A stretch of DNA of 63,274 bases, the filler included, from Rhizaria sp. SCN 62-66 (Eukaryota): NCBI GenBank assembly GCA_001724265.1. It is 8 parts of 8 records of this genome, joined end to end, with 100 filler letters (N's around TTAATTAATTAA, not from the genome) between each part and the next. Parts side by side here need not be neighbours in the genome. Positions count along the whole stretch, not along the records: positions 1 to 7,218 come from MEDY01000602.1; positions 7,319 to 14,515 come from MEDY01000603.1; 6 more parts are not named here. One strand, given 5' to 3'. A program made the position numbers and the translations under genes. This document shows, piece by piece, positions 1-11,695 of the stretch; position 1 is the stretch's first letter, and the number at the start of each line of letters is the position of its first letter. The notes under the pieces are model-generated. The model had not been told where the DNA came from. It ran no database searches and saw only the letters and a list, made by a program, of their open reading frames with translations.

Positions 1-1
1 C

Positions 2-127
2 TTCTACAAGGTCCTCGGCAACGGCAACTTCCCCCAGGTCCCCGTCATCGTCAAGGCCAAGATCTTCTCCTCCCTCGCTGAGAAGAAGATCACTGCCGCT
101 GGCGGTGTCTGCGTCCTCACCGCGTAA
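2..127 (+). CDS. RPL27A: 60S ribosomal protein L27a (uL15), C-terminal part; gene starts before the window
   Basis: Frame 2 reads [44 protein letters not shown], the conserved uL15 C-terminus; strong C/G-ending codon bias. Confidence 0.95.
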   Translation, partial: FYKVLGNGNFPQVPVIVKAKIFSSLAEKKITAAGGVCVLTA

Positions 128-536
128 ATTGACTACGTTATGAGAAACCCCATACAACCCTCTACTTAAACCCACGTCCATACCCTGTATCCTCTCTTGA
201 ACTACCCCTTCGTACTACTCTTGACGCTCTTTGAAACGATTTGTGCGTTATTTTTCTTGCTTTCGATTTTTCTCACTGTGCGTCGAAAAGTGTTTGAGGT
301 GAGTCAGAGAGGGAGCCGAGACATCGCCAAATATCAAGCAGTGATACACTCATACGCATCGTCATTGGTCTTTTCCGCAACTTCTGCGATATCACTCTTC
401 ACTTTGGTGTTTTATCATTAGTTTCTAGTGCTATCCTTGCTCATCTGCGCTGCTATCCAGCCCTCGTCTTTCACCCCCAGCCAGACCTCAAGTTCATTGT
501 TGCTCTCGAGCTAAGCTAAACTAATCGACAACAACG

Positions 537-2146
537 ATGTCAGGCGTTCCCTGCTCAGTGCACGTGCACCCGATGGCGCTGCTTGGCATGGCGGACCACT
601 CCATGCAGGACGCACGCCAGTACAACCGCACCACTGCCGTCGGCGCCGTCTTCGGCCGCCTCTCGTACGCTTACCACAGCAACGCCAACGCGGGCGACAG
701 CAGCTCCCGTGCGAGCGCCAGCACTGCTGGCGCAGCGCCCGCGGTCTCGACCTCGATGAACAACGACTCCGACTCGGCCGCCCCCGGCGCAGGCGCGACG
801 CTGCAGCTCGACGCCACCGAGGTGATCGGCATTGGCGTCGTTTCTGTCGAGGCCGTGACGGGCCGCATGGCGCTCGACATGGACTCGTTCGAGTACGTCC
901 CTTACCACATTGGCTATATTTCGTCTATAATTGTGTTTACATTTTAGACTTGACATAATATCTCCCTGAATTCGCATCCATCATGACTGCCATCACTCAT
1001 CAGCCAAATCCGTCTTGTTTTACTTGTTCACTCTTGCTCCTTAGCGTCGAGCGCCAAGTCCTCCAGGACTGCTTCCCAGGGCTCCAGCTCATCGGCTACT
1101 TCGTGGCCGCGCCCGCCGCCTCGGCCTCACAGCCCGTGACGACGGCCGAGCTCGCGCTCGCGCCGCTGTTCCTGGCCCACCTGCCGCCCGCGCTCGCCGC
1201 TCCGCTGCTGCTGCGCTATAACACCGCCGCGCACCTCAACAGCAACGGCGGCAGCAGCAGCAGCAGCAGCGCCAGCGCCGGCGCGAGTGCGAGTGCAAGT
1301 GACAGTGCGCTGATGGCGGACCCCACGGGCGCGCTCGCACTCGCGACCTCCGGCCTCACCGCCACGTTCGCCTCGCCCTCCGCCTCCGACAGCAACATCA
1401 GTCTCCCGCAGTCGCAATTGCTGCTGCCGCTGGCGCTGGCGCAGGACTCTGGCGAGCGCGTGGCCCTGGCGGCGGCATCTGCGCCCATCCTGGCGCGGCT
1501 GCGGCCCGCGCAGCCCCCGTTCGCGACGGCCGCCACCGACATCTCGGCCTCGGCCGCGGCGCTCGCGGCCAGGCTCACCCGTCTCGCGCAGTGGCTCGAG
1601 GCCTCCGCCGCCACCGCCGCTCCTGGCGCTGCCACTGGGGCCGCCGCAGCCCAGCAACCATCGCAGGAGCTGCTGGCGCGCGCGGTGGCGCTGCTGCAGC
1701 GGGCGGAGACGGCGTGCTTCCAGAGTCAGGCCGCGTCGCCGCCTACTGTCGCCAACAGCTCGGCGCTGGGCTCCTGCGCTGCAGCGGCGGCGGCGGCGGC
1801 GGGCGCCCCCACCGTGACCGCGGCGGCCGCGGGCGCCGAGGTGGGTGCGGCCGTGGTGGCCGCAGTGGCGGCGCTGTCTGCCCGCGCCGGCGCGCTGCTG
1901 GCGTGCGAGCGCGCCGCGGCCGCTGCGGCGGCGGCGGCCGTGGCCGAGGCCGAGGCTGCGGCGGCTGCGGCTGCGGCCGCGGCCGGCAACTTCGCGGGCG
2001 GCTTTGCGGGCGGCCGCCTGGGCGCGGGCGTGGGCGGGGGCGCCAAGGCGGGTGCCGAGGGTGCGGCAGTGACGGACCACTACCCGGTTGGGGTGGTGGC
2101 CGCCGCGGCCGGGGTCGGCGCCAAGCGCGCGGGCGGCAAGGCTTGA
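537..2146 (+). CDS. CSN6: MPN-domain protein, COP9 signalosome subunit 6-like; exons 537-892 and 1045-2146
   Basis: VHVHPMALLGMADH...AVGAVFG, QDCFPGLQLIGYF and LALAQDSGERVAL match CSN6 blocks. GTACGT...TTAG intron 893-1044 joins the two ORFs in frame. Ends TGA. Large Ala-rich insertions. Confidence 0.75.
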
Positions 2147-2517
2147 GCAGGGGCACAGTGACGGTGAGGCCAGAAGCGAGAGAAGATGGTCGCGTCGCGC
2201 GCCCTCTCAGTGACACTGTGTATAGCATGCTATTTACTTATGGCCAAGTACTCGATGGCCAAGTACTCGTCACTTGGCAAACACAAATACAACGGTGTTG
2301 AAAGCAATCTTGATAGTTTTGTACGTAAGCTCACAATGTATCTACGTAAATAGCGTTAGATTGAAATATATAGCTTTGTATTTGAGTTTGTTCAGAGGGC
2401 CATCGCTCTGCACTCTGGCCTTAAAGCACGACACAGCACAATACGGCACTGCACGACGTGCTTGCATTACACCATTCACAGCCAGAGCCACACCCCGGCG
2501 TCGGCGTCAGCGCGCGC

Positions 2518-3748
2518 TCACACGCCCCGGGCGGCCTGGTCCTCCTCGACGTGCGTCTGGGGGAGGTACCAGGCGTTGACGTAGGGGTCGAACTCGGGTC
2601 CCTCGATGTCGCCCGCCGCGAAGGGCTTCAGCTCGCCGCGGTCGCGGAAGTCCAGCAGGTCCACCACGCCGTAGCGGTCGCGCGTAAAGATGAGCAGCTC
2701 GCGATCGGGCTGCGGGTGGACGCGGGGCGGGGCAGCGGCAGCAAAGAGTCAAGAGAGAGTAAAGAGAGGGAGTGGAAGAGTGTGATATGAAAAGATACTA
2801 AGAACAAAGAAAGACATTGCGAAGACAAAACAGTCGTAAACAATGATATACGTCAGTTGGATCTTTAATATAGCTGGCATTCGACTCTCTACGTACGTAT
2901 CCGTCGAGCTTGGCGACGCAGCGGAAGCGGTACTGGACGGCGATCTCGGCGATCTTCATCTCCACTTTGTCGATCTTCGTGCAGCCCTGGTAGCGCGCGC
3001 CCACGGTGACGCCGAGGTTGACGCGCTGCAGCACAACCGAGACGGTGCGAGACAGCGTGTCGCCGACTCGGGCGTAGGCACCCGTCAGGTTGGGGACCTG
3101 CACAGGCAAGCGCGAACCAGCGAGGACATGAAGAACATGGAAAGAAGACACGGAAGTGTGAGAAAGTACAGTGAAGATAGACGATTCATGCAATAAAACA
3201 AACATAAACATTAGATAACAGCATACTACACAAATAAATTATCGAATATCTGAAATTATTTTCAAAAATCCCTGTGCACGAACCTTTTTCCACTGCCCCT
3301 TGTCGTTGGGTGGGGTGGGCTCGCCGACCTCGCGGGCGCGCGTGTAGAGCGTCTTGCCCGACTCGGCCGCCAGCCCGCGCAGGAGCTCCGTCGCCTCGCC
3401 CACCGAGATGAACGACGCGGCCGCCGCGGCCTCCAGCTCGGTCATCTTGTCGCTGTCAGACGCCGTGGCGGCAGCGCTCGCGCCGGCGGCGGCCGCGGAG
3501 GTCGTCGTGCTCTGCTCGAGCAGGATCGCCTCGCCCTCGGCCGCGGCGGCGTCGTCCGCGAACGACACGCCGTCAAGCAGGCTGTCGTAGTTGTCCGTCA
3601 GAGGGATGAACTCGCTGTCGGCAGAGAGGTCCCAGTCCCAGTCGGCGCCGTGCGCCGCGCGGGGGAGCGTCGCTGAGAGCACCAGCAGCGCTGAGGCGAC
3701 CATCAAGAGGCCGCGAATAAGCCTCATGATGACACTCTGAGAAGACAT
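2518..3748 (-). CDS. Uncharacterised secreted protein, about 285 aa; exons 3748-3284, 3097-2897, 2709-2518
   Basis: Hydrophobic signal peptide (LLMVASALLVLSATLPRAAHG). Two phase-0 GT-AG introns keep the frame. Coding-type codon bias. Ends TGA. Confidence 0.7.
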
Positions 3749-4344
3749 AATTTTAGGAAAATAGAGAAAACACACGGTTAAGTGGCTGGTAGGAAGAATT
3801 AGCGAAATTGACGAGTCAGTGGCGCGCAAGTGATCGTTCAGAGAGGGGCCCATGTCTCCTCTGCCGACCACAAGCGATAGCGGCCGATGGCGGCGTCATT
3901 GGGCTTGCGATACTGACTTCGAAACGCAAGGTTTCTGTTTTCCCCCGTAACGTCTGTGTACATTGCTGAGGTTTGGGTATGATCATCACGCTTTTTGAAC
4001 AATTTTGATATTCATTTTGAAGAGCAAGTGGTATTGGAAATCACGGGCTAAACTCGTGATTTCTATCAAGACGTCAGTCAGTCGCTATCTACACCCACCA
4101 CATTTCCAAGCCTTCGCTCGCTCGCGCACCGCTTCCGATATCGACAGAACTCACGGTTTCCTCCTTCACCTCACCGATTGTTTTATCTCCGATAGGTTTC
4201 GCAAGACCTTAGAGTCGTCCTCGGCTCTTTTTTCTCGCTCGCCTCCCTCTCGCCCCCGCAGCCCGCGAGCGTAGGCCCTCCCCCCGCTTCCGCCCCCGCG
4301 CCCCGGCCGCCGCTCCCGCTCCCGGCGCGTGCCCGCCCCCTCCG

Positions 4345-7218
4345 ATGTCTTCCCGCATTGCCTCGCTGGCGTCGAGTCTTGTGCCGTCCGCCATCGCGAA
4401 CTCCCTCTCCTCCCACGGCAGCAGCAGCGCCGCCGCCAACCAGGGAGGCGCCGCAGTCGCCACGAACTACAACGCCACGGCCGCCACCGTCGGCACCGCG
4501 CAGTCCGTCACGCGCCGTCTCGCGGTACGTCTACAAGAGCACTTTGTGCTTGCCACCTGTTTCCTCCTGTCGTCGTAGCCCTCGTCTCTTCACTGTGACA
4601 TCTTCGCTCATCCTCATCCTGTATCTTGCATTTCTCTTCCCTGTTCCTCTCCCCGCTCTCAGGCCGCCGTCAAGAACGAGGAGGACGTCGTGGCGTCGCT
4701 GGACCCGCGCTTCTTCACGCCCGACTTTGACGCCGTGCTCTTCGCACTCGAGACGGCGCCCATCTCGCTCGAGATCGCACCGCTCATCGCCGACGCTGAC
4801 CCCGACGCGCCGCCCTCAACGCTGTCCCCGCGCGCGCGCGAAGCCGCGGCGGCCCGCGACGGCGCGCCCGACCCCTTCGCGTCTGACATCGCGCTCGAGA
4901 CGCAGCTTGCCGGGCTGGAAGCTAAGTCCGCGGCCGTGGGCTCGCAGCTCTCGCGCAAGGTGCTCGACAACTATGCCGGCTTCATCGACGGGCTCCACCA
5001 CGTCGGCGCCATCCACCGCCGCCTCTCGCAGGCCGCCAAAGAGGCCGCCGACGCGCGCGCACACCTCCGCTGCGCGCAGGAGAAGGTCACGGCGCGCGCG
5101 CTGCTCACCATCGGCACGCAGCGGGCTCGCACGCGCGCGCTCGCGCTGCTGGCGCTCGGTACGTCGGTCCCTCAACAAATGTCCACCAATTCATCGAAAT
5201 TGCGCTTCGATGTTTTTATATTGTTGTATAACTCTTTCAACTGATAATTAATACTGTATTGTAGCTACTTATTGTGTTTGGTTTTATTTTGCTAACATCA
5301 CCGCTATTCTATGCCCAATATTTCGACTTGGTTGCTTCCTCCCATCCCCTCTCTCATTCGGCGCAGGCCGCAAGGCAACGCAGGCCGCTGCCTACGAGGC
5401 TGCCGTGCTGACGGCGCTGAAGCGGCTTGACTTTGGCGGCGCCGCGGGGCTACTGCGCTCGATCGACACGCATATCCTCTCGCAGCCGACGCTGGGCGTG
5501 CTGCAGCAGATCCACTGCATGCGCGGCCCGCTGGCGCGGCTGCAGTCGCTGCCAGCGGCGCTGTCGTCGGTGCTGGGCGCCGAGCTCACCTCGCTGGCCG
5601 TGACCTTCGACCCGCCGCGCTTCGTCGCGCTCACGCGCGCGCTCGTGTCTCAGGCCCGCGCGGGCGCGCTCTCCCGCGACGCAGACAAAGCGGCCGACGC
5701 GGCGCTGCACGACAAGTTCCGCGAGTCGGTCTACGCGCACCTGACGACCGAGACGCGCGCGCGCTTCCCACTGACGTCGCTCGACGCCGCGGGGCTCGTG
5801 GGTCGCGTCCCGCACTACTCGCTGCGCGCGTCATTCACCGCCGCCGTCGCACTCGTTGCCGGCGTGCTCATGTTCTACCACCGCGGCGCCTATCTGCTCT
5901 CGGCCATGGCCAACCGGTACCAGGCGCTCGCCGACGCGGCCGAGGCGCAGGCCGCCAGGGAGGCCGCCGCCGCCAAGGCCAGGGCTAAGAACAAGACCAA
6001 CGACCCCTCGTCGGCCTTCTTCAACAAGAACAGCAGCAGCGGCAGCAAGAGCGGCGCCAACAGCAATACCGCGGGCTCCGAGAGCGAGGGCAAGAGTGGC
6101 GCCGCGGGCGGGCTGCCCGAGATTCCGCTGCCCTCGGACGACGCCGCCGCCGCCGACTCGGCGGGCGCGCTGTCCGTCTCGGTCACGGTGGACCCGGTGA
6201 GCCCGCTCATGTCGGAGCTGGAGCGCGAGACGGCCGTGCTGCTGGCCGACCTCGCGCTCGCGGACCTGGCCCCCGCCGTCGCCGCCGCCACCGTCGCCGC
6301 GGGCTCGGACGCGCAGGCCGGCAGCGACACCAGCTTTGTCGCCACTGCGGGCGCCGTCGCCGCGGCGGAGCTGCACGCCGTGGCTGCGCGCTTCACCAAG
6401 GCTCTGGCCCCCGCGTGGGCGTCGGGGCAGCGCTACCTGTGTCTGTACTTCACGCAGCCGGCGCTGGCGGCGTCGTCGGCGGCGTCGCTGCGCATTGACG
6501 ACTTCACGTCGATGCACATCGCAGCCTTCCGCCTCATGACCATCGCCGAGCGCGTCACCGCCTCCTCGGTCGCCGCGGGCGGGGCCTCGGTGGGCGGCGC
6601 GGCGACGGGCGCGGCCAGCACAGCCCCGCTGGCGCGCGCGATGCTGGCGCGCGCGTCTGTGTTCGTGGACGAGTACGCGCGCGGCAGCCGCGAGTACTTC
6701 CGCACGGCCTTCAGCACCGACTCGTGGCAGCCGCTGCCGCTGCGCGAGGGCTTCGTTCCGCAGCGCGACATCAAGGACTTGCGCCCCACCGAGGCCGAGG
6801 TCACGGGCACACCCACGGCCACGGCGCGCCTCATGCGGCTCCTCGCGCAGCGCGCCACGGCCGACACGGGCGCCGGCGCGGACGGCGGCGCCTTCACGCT
6901 CTCGGGCATGCCGTCGCCGACGCCGACGCCGCTCGTCTCGCCCGTGCGCAAGCGCAAGGACGGCGCGGGCACGGGCACTGGCGCGGGCGCTGCGGCGACG
7001 CCGGCGTCGCGCGCGCTGACTTCACCGCGCCGCAGCTCCGGCGACGCCGACGCCGCCAACGACGTCGACGACGACGACGAGGGCGACGACGACGACGACG
7101 TCGTGACGGGCCGCGCCTGGGAGCTATTCACGCGCTGCATCAACCCCTTCACGGCGGCCGGCGCCGCGGCGAGCGAGGCCGCCGCGGGCGGCTCGGGCTC
7201 CGCCACCAGCGCCGCCGC
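4345..7218 (+). CDS. VPS50: Syndetin/VPS50-like EARP subunit, 3'-truncated at contig end; exons 4345-4524, 4663-5158, 5367-7218
   Basis: SLDPRFFTPDFDAVLFALE, LSRKVLDNYAGFIDGLHHV...ARAHL, QIHCMR and FVDEYARGSREYFRTAFSTDSWQPLP resemble VPS50 blocks. Two GTACGT introns restore the frame. Confidence 0.75.
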
Positions 7219-7318
7219 NNNNNNNNNNNNNNNNNNNNNNNNNNNNNNNNNNNNNNNNNNNNTTAATTAATTAANNNNNNNNNNNNNNNNNNNNNNNNNN
7301 NNNNNNNNNNNNNNNNNN
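7219..7318. other. Artificial contig spacer
   Basis: N44-TTAATTAATTAA-N44 (stops in all six frames). Confidence 0.99.
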
Positions 7319-8853
7319 TTGTCCGGGGGCAGGCCGGCGCAGGCGGAGAGGATGTTGGTGACCATGCGCTGCTGCTTGGCGAGCGCGTTGACGACGGGCG
7401 TGCCGGGCATGACCATGGGCGCCTTAAGCATGTACGACAGGATCGACAGCACGGGCTCGAACGACGCGAAGTCGGGCAGGTCGTCGGTCTTGTACGAGAT
7501 GCGCGACATGAGCTCGGTGAGGATGACGAGGTCAATGATGAGGGGCGCGGCGAGCAGCGAGTCCTCGCACGTGTTGTGCATGACGATGGTGTTGGTGCCG
7601 TTCATGAAGATGGACGACGTGTACTCGTCCATGGCGCGCTTCGAGTCGGCGACGAAAGGCACGTACTTGATCACGACGACGTGGTCGGGGTGCTCTCCGG
7701 GCTTGTACAGCAGGTTGTTCATGCCAACCATGTCGTCGACGACGTTGGACTTGGAGATCTCCTTGGAGCGGAACTGCTGCGGCGACGACAGGTTCTTGCC
7801 GTCGTTATTGCCGAGATGGTTGTACGACACGATCGACTCGGGCTTGATGCCCGCAGAGACGAGGAAGTCGACGAGCACAGACTTCATCTTGGTCTGGCCC
7901 GACTTAAAGTCGTCGCCGCCGATGAAGACGTTGTGGCGCGCCGCGAGGTCGATGAGGCCCGGCACGAGGGTGTTCTGGGGCGAGCCGTTGATGTAAGGGC
8001 AGCCCTCGAGGATGGCGGCGACGGCGAAGATGTTGGACGGCGAGATCTCAGAGTCAGAGCGCGCAATCGAGGCGAGAACCTCGTCGGCAGTCATGTTGAG
8101 CTCGGCGCGGACGTCAGTGAAGCGCTCCGTGTTGGCGGTCCAGAGCACGGTGACGTGGTCGAGCCCGTTGGCCTTCTTGAAGTTGCGGATGTCGGCGCGG
8201 ATACGCTCCAGGTCCTGCTGCTTGGTGCCGGCGGGGACGAGGTTGTTGGCGCGATCCTTCTGGTTGGCGGCGATGAAGTCGGGGTAGTAGATGGACGGCA
8301 GCGGCACAATGTCCTTCATGTAGGGAGTGAGCTTGCGCTGGAGGTCGGCGTCAAAGACGCGCGCGCGGCGCATGGCGTCGGCGAGGTTCATGTTGTTGAT
8401 GTCCCAGCCGCCGACGACGAGATCGTTGGGGTTCACCATGGGCAGCACCGAGTTGAAGGGGATGTGGACCTCCTTGCCCGACTTGGCGTCGGAGCCAACG
8501 CGGACCGTGGTGGCCTGCGTGAGGGAGCCGAAGTAGTTGGGCTCCTTGACGCCGTCCTTGGTCTCCCAGCACACCTTGTGCTTGTTAGCGAGGATGCCGG
8601 CGCAGACGGAAGTGCCGTTGTTGCCACCGAGACCGACGAGCATGACGCCGGCCTTGGGGACGTGGCGCTTGGTCTTGAAGATGTAGCGGTGAGTCTGGGG
8701 GCGGATGTGAACGGTGCCGTTGACGGTCTCGACGTGCGAGCGGGAGTACTCGTAGTCGGAGATGATCTCGTCCTTGGTGTACTTGAGGTTCGGGCTTGAC
8801 ACGGAGATGCCACGGTACATGGCGTGGTCACCCTTAGCAGGAGCAGAAGCCAT
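7319..8853 (-). CDS. INO1: myo-inositol-1-phosphate synthase, intronless, last residues cut by contig end
   Basis: [44 protein letters not shown] and [10 protein letters not shown] core motifs. Likely start MASAPAK at 8853. Confidence 0.97.
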
Positions 8854-9247
8854 TGGGATAGATTCTCTACGTGTGCAAAAGCAATGGGAATATAAATTAG
8901 TGAGCAAGTGCACAGTGGAACAAGGGCAAAAAGTCGACGATCGACAGAGGAGCCAAGATTCAGTCGGTCTCATTGCAACTGAGTGGAGGCGCGCAGAACT
9001 GCACATAGTGCGCGGGGAAACGCCTCACGGGAAGCAGAAATTATTTAAATAGTGCGTATCTGGCAGCAGTTTGAACCTTCCAGAAGAAAACTAAAGGTGT
9101 GAAACAAGCGCGGGGAGCGAAAAGAGCTACTACCGTGGTGTGGCACCACAAGCCTTTGCCCGGGCCAACCTAACCAAACAAATACTCAACGAAAACGAGT
9201 CCCAAACGCCTCGTCTCGCGCCAGGCTAAATATAAAATATCCACAAT

Positions 9248-9410
9248 GGGCTTGTCAGTCGACTCCCACGTCTCCCAGTCTACCGGAGCATTACTACCCT
9301 TCGGTTTCATCCGAGTTCTTTCCGACACGGCGGCACTAAGTAGGGCTTCGACCAGCCGGAGGGCGTCGGTCGACAGGTGACTGTGAGCAAGAGGCGTTCA
9401 AATATCGCCC
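9248..9410. ncRNA. Candidate structured RNA of unknown family
   Basis: GC-rich intergenic island with nested complementary blocks (GTCGAC/GTCGAC, ACGTCTCC/GGAGGGCGT, GGAGC/GCTTC, CTAC/GTAG, TCGG-TTTCAT-CCGA) and TATA-like boxes on both sides. Confidence 0.35.
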
Positions 9411-9597
9411 AGCTGCTGCCTTTCTGCACGCACCACATGTCTTGGAGAAAGTTATATAGGCGTAAATAGAGTGAATTCACGTTGTTTATTTATTAATGTA
9501 TACTTCGTTCATTGGAACTTTGTTCAGGCGCGGTCATCCTGTAGTGCATATCTTGCAAAACCCGTCTCCCACCACAAACCGCATCGGAGTAGCGGAC

Positions 9598-10767
9598 TCA
9601 CTGCGCATCCTCCTCGGGCGCAATAGCAACCAAGATCTTGCCAGTCGCCTCCCTGCTCTCAATGCACCGGTGCGCGTCGGCGACTTCCTCCAGTTTGAAT
9701 GTCTTGTACACCGAGATCTTCATCTTGCCCTCCGCGATCCAACGAAAAACTTCCTCGACACGCTCCTCGAGCTCCGCCCGGTCCAGAAGGTGGTCGAACA
9801 GCGTCGGGCGCGTCATGAACAGCGAGCCGTGCTTCGACAGCAGCAGCGGGTCCACCACCGGCACGGGCCCCGACGCGTTGCCAAACAGCACGAGCGTACC
9901 ACGCTTGCGCAGAGCCTTAAGCGAACCCAGCCACGTATCCTTGCCAACACCGTCAAACACGGCGTGCGCGCCGACGCCGTTGGTGAGCTCTTTCACGCGG
10001 TCGCCAATCGACTCCTTGTCAATGTCGCTGTAGTTAATCACGTGGTCCGCACCGTGCGCACGGGCAATCTCGGCCTTGGCGTCCGTCGACACTGTCGCGA
10101 TCACGGTCGCGCCCAGAGCCTTGGCCGCCTGTGTCGAAAAGCCAAAAACACAAAACAGAACAGAAAACATGAGTTTAATAAAACAATGAGAGTCAACGAG
10201 AGGATTTAAATTAGAACACAACATGAAAAATGACTTCAAATGTGGCCATCATTGTCAGAATCGAGTGCTGCGTACCTGGACGACGAGGCCGCCGACACCG
10301 CCAGCAGCAGCGTGAACAAGTACAGTGTCACCGGCCTTGATCGCGTAAGAGGATCGCACGAGAGCCTGCGCGGTGAGGCCCTGCAGCATAGCCGCAGTGG
10401 CCTGCGCGAGAGAGACGTCCTTGGGAACGGGTGCAAGCTTGGAGGCAGGAAGCACGACGTATTGCGCGTAGGTGTTGGGTCCAACGAACGCAACGCGGTC
10501 GCCGACCTTGACAGACGTGACATCGCTGCCGACAGCAGCGACAACGCCCGCGCCCTCGCGGCCGAGGATCGCAGGCATAGGCAGCGGGTAGAGCCCCGTG
10601 CGGTGGTACGTGTCAATGTAGTTAATGCCCGTGAAGGCGAGCTTGACGAGAACGTCGTCGGGGCGCGCGAGAGTAGGGACGGGGACAGAGGAGAGCGTGA
10701 AGGCCTCGGGGCCGCCGGTGTGGGACAGCAAAACGGCCTGCATGGTCGCGGGGACGGCGGACGACAT
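9598..10767 (-). CDS. NADPH:quinone oxidoreductase (zeta-crystallin/Qor, MDR family); intron 10275-10129
   Basis: GINYIDTYHRTGLYP, LGREGAG, HAAAGGVG, VFDGVGKDT, FGNASG, GSLFMTRPTL and TGKIL motifs; phase-0 GTACGC...CAG intron; ends TGA. Confidence 0.93.
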
Positions 10768-11283
10768 CGCGGTGAGCGCTGGAGAACGAAGTAGGGTTGT
10801 TGTGGAGCGTGAGAGAGAATAGGAAGATGGATAGATTATCGAGAAGGAAAAGAGAAAAGTGATGAGGAAGAATGTGATCGAGTGGAACAGCGTTGTGGGT
10901 AGCGTCCACAGACGTAAGCAGTAGAGAGATATGCTGCAGTAGAAACAGAAACAGCGGCGAAAGCACGGCTGTCGCGAAACAGAAGGGGAAGCTGCATAAT
11001 GGGACGGAGATTGAGCAGCAGAAGCAAGATGAGGTGAAGCGGGCAATTTCAGCATGACAAACAACGATTCAAGGGCTGTACTATTACTAATTAACAAAAA
11101 CTAGCTAATTAACTCTTGTTTGGGTGCTTTACATAAGCTTTGACGAAAAGACCAAGGTGTACAAACACGTTTCTTTGCAAGTCCAAGAGTGGGACAAGAT
11201 CTCACCGAAGATCCAAATATTGCCTTTTAATCTTTTATACGTTAAATTTCGGTCACTGGCAGCTCGTATGATATGCGTCAAGA

Positions 11284-11356
11284 TTCCGATTAGATTAGCG
11301 GCTAGATCGTCATGTACTCCTCATGAATGCCCATGGTTCAATTCCTGGATCGGAAA
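11284..11356 (+). pseudogene. tRNA-like gene (Glu-CTC-like) with non-canonical anticodon loop and bulged T stem
   Basis: Acceptor TTCCGAT/ATCGGAA, D stem GATT/GATC, anticodon stem TCATG/CATGA with loop TACTCCT, B box GGTTCAATTCC, T-run terminator downstream. Loop has A33 and C37 instead of U33 and purine 37. Confidence 0.65.
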
Positions 11357-11614
11357 TATTCTTTTTTGCTGTTTTTCAAGTCTACGCGCCAACAGTGCTC
11401 TTGGAGACTGTGACTAACACGCACTTTTTTTTTTGTCAGTCGGCACATTAAACGTGGAAAAAGCGATAATGTTAGCAAGACTAGTATCAAAAATCTAGTA
11501 TTGGGCTCTTCTGTATCCATTTACCGCCTTAACAGTGTTGAATAGTCTCATCAAATTTTTTAGACCTTAATAGCATGGATTTGGCGTTTGGCGACATCCC
11601 TTCAAACGGATTTT

Positions 11615-11695
11615 GTGCTGGTAACAAAGTGGTTAATGTGCTACGTTAAGGCCGTAGTGTCTCCGGACGCGCGGGTTCGATCCCCGTCTAGCACA
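11615..11695 (+). tRNA. tRNA-Leu(AAG)
   Basis: Acceptor GTGCTGG/CTAGCAC plus A73; anticodon arm CTACG-TTAAGGC-CGTAG; long variable arm; GGTTCGATCCC T loop; long T-run terminator. Confidence 0.92.

Noticed and set aside
8854-9006. N-terminal extension of the INO1 ORF
   Set aside because: No INO1 similarity or codon bias; probably 5' UTR ahead of the ATG at 8853.
9195-9253. GAGTCCCA/TGGGCTT pairing as RNase MRP helix P4
   Set aside because: The strands are only about 45 nt apart with AT-rich sequence between, too short for the MRP core.
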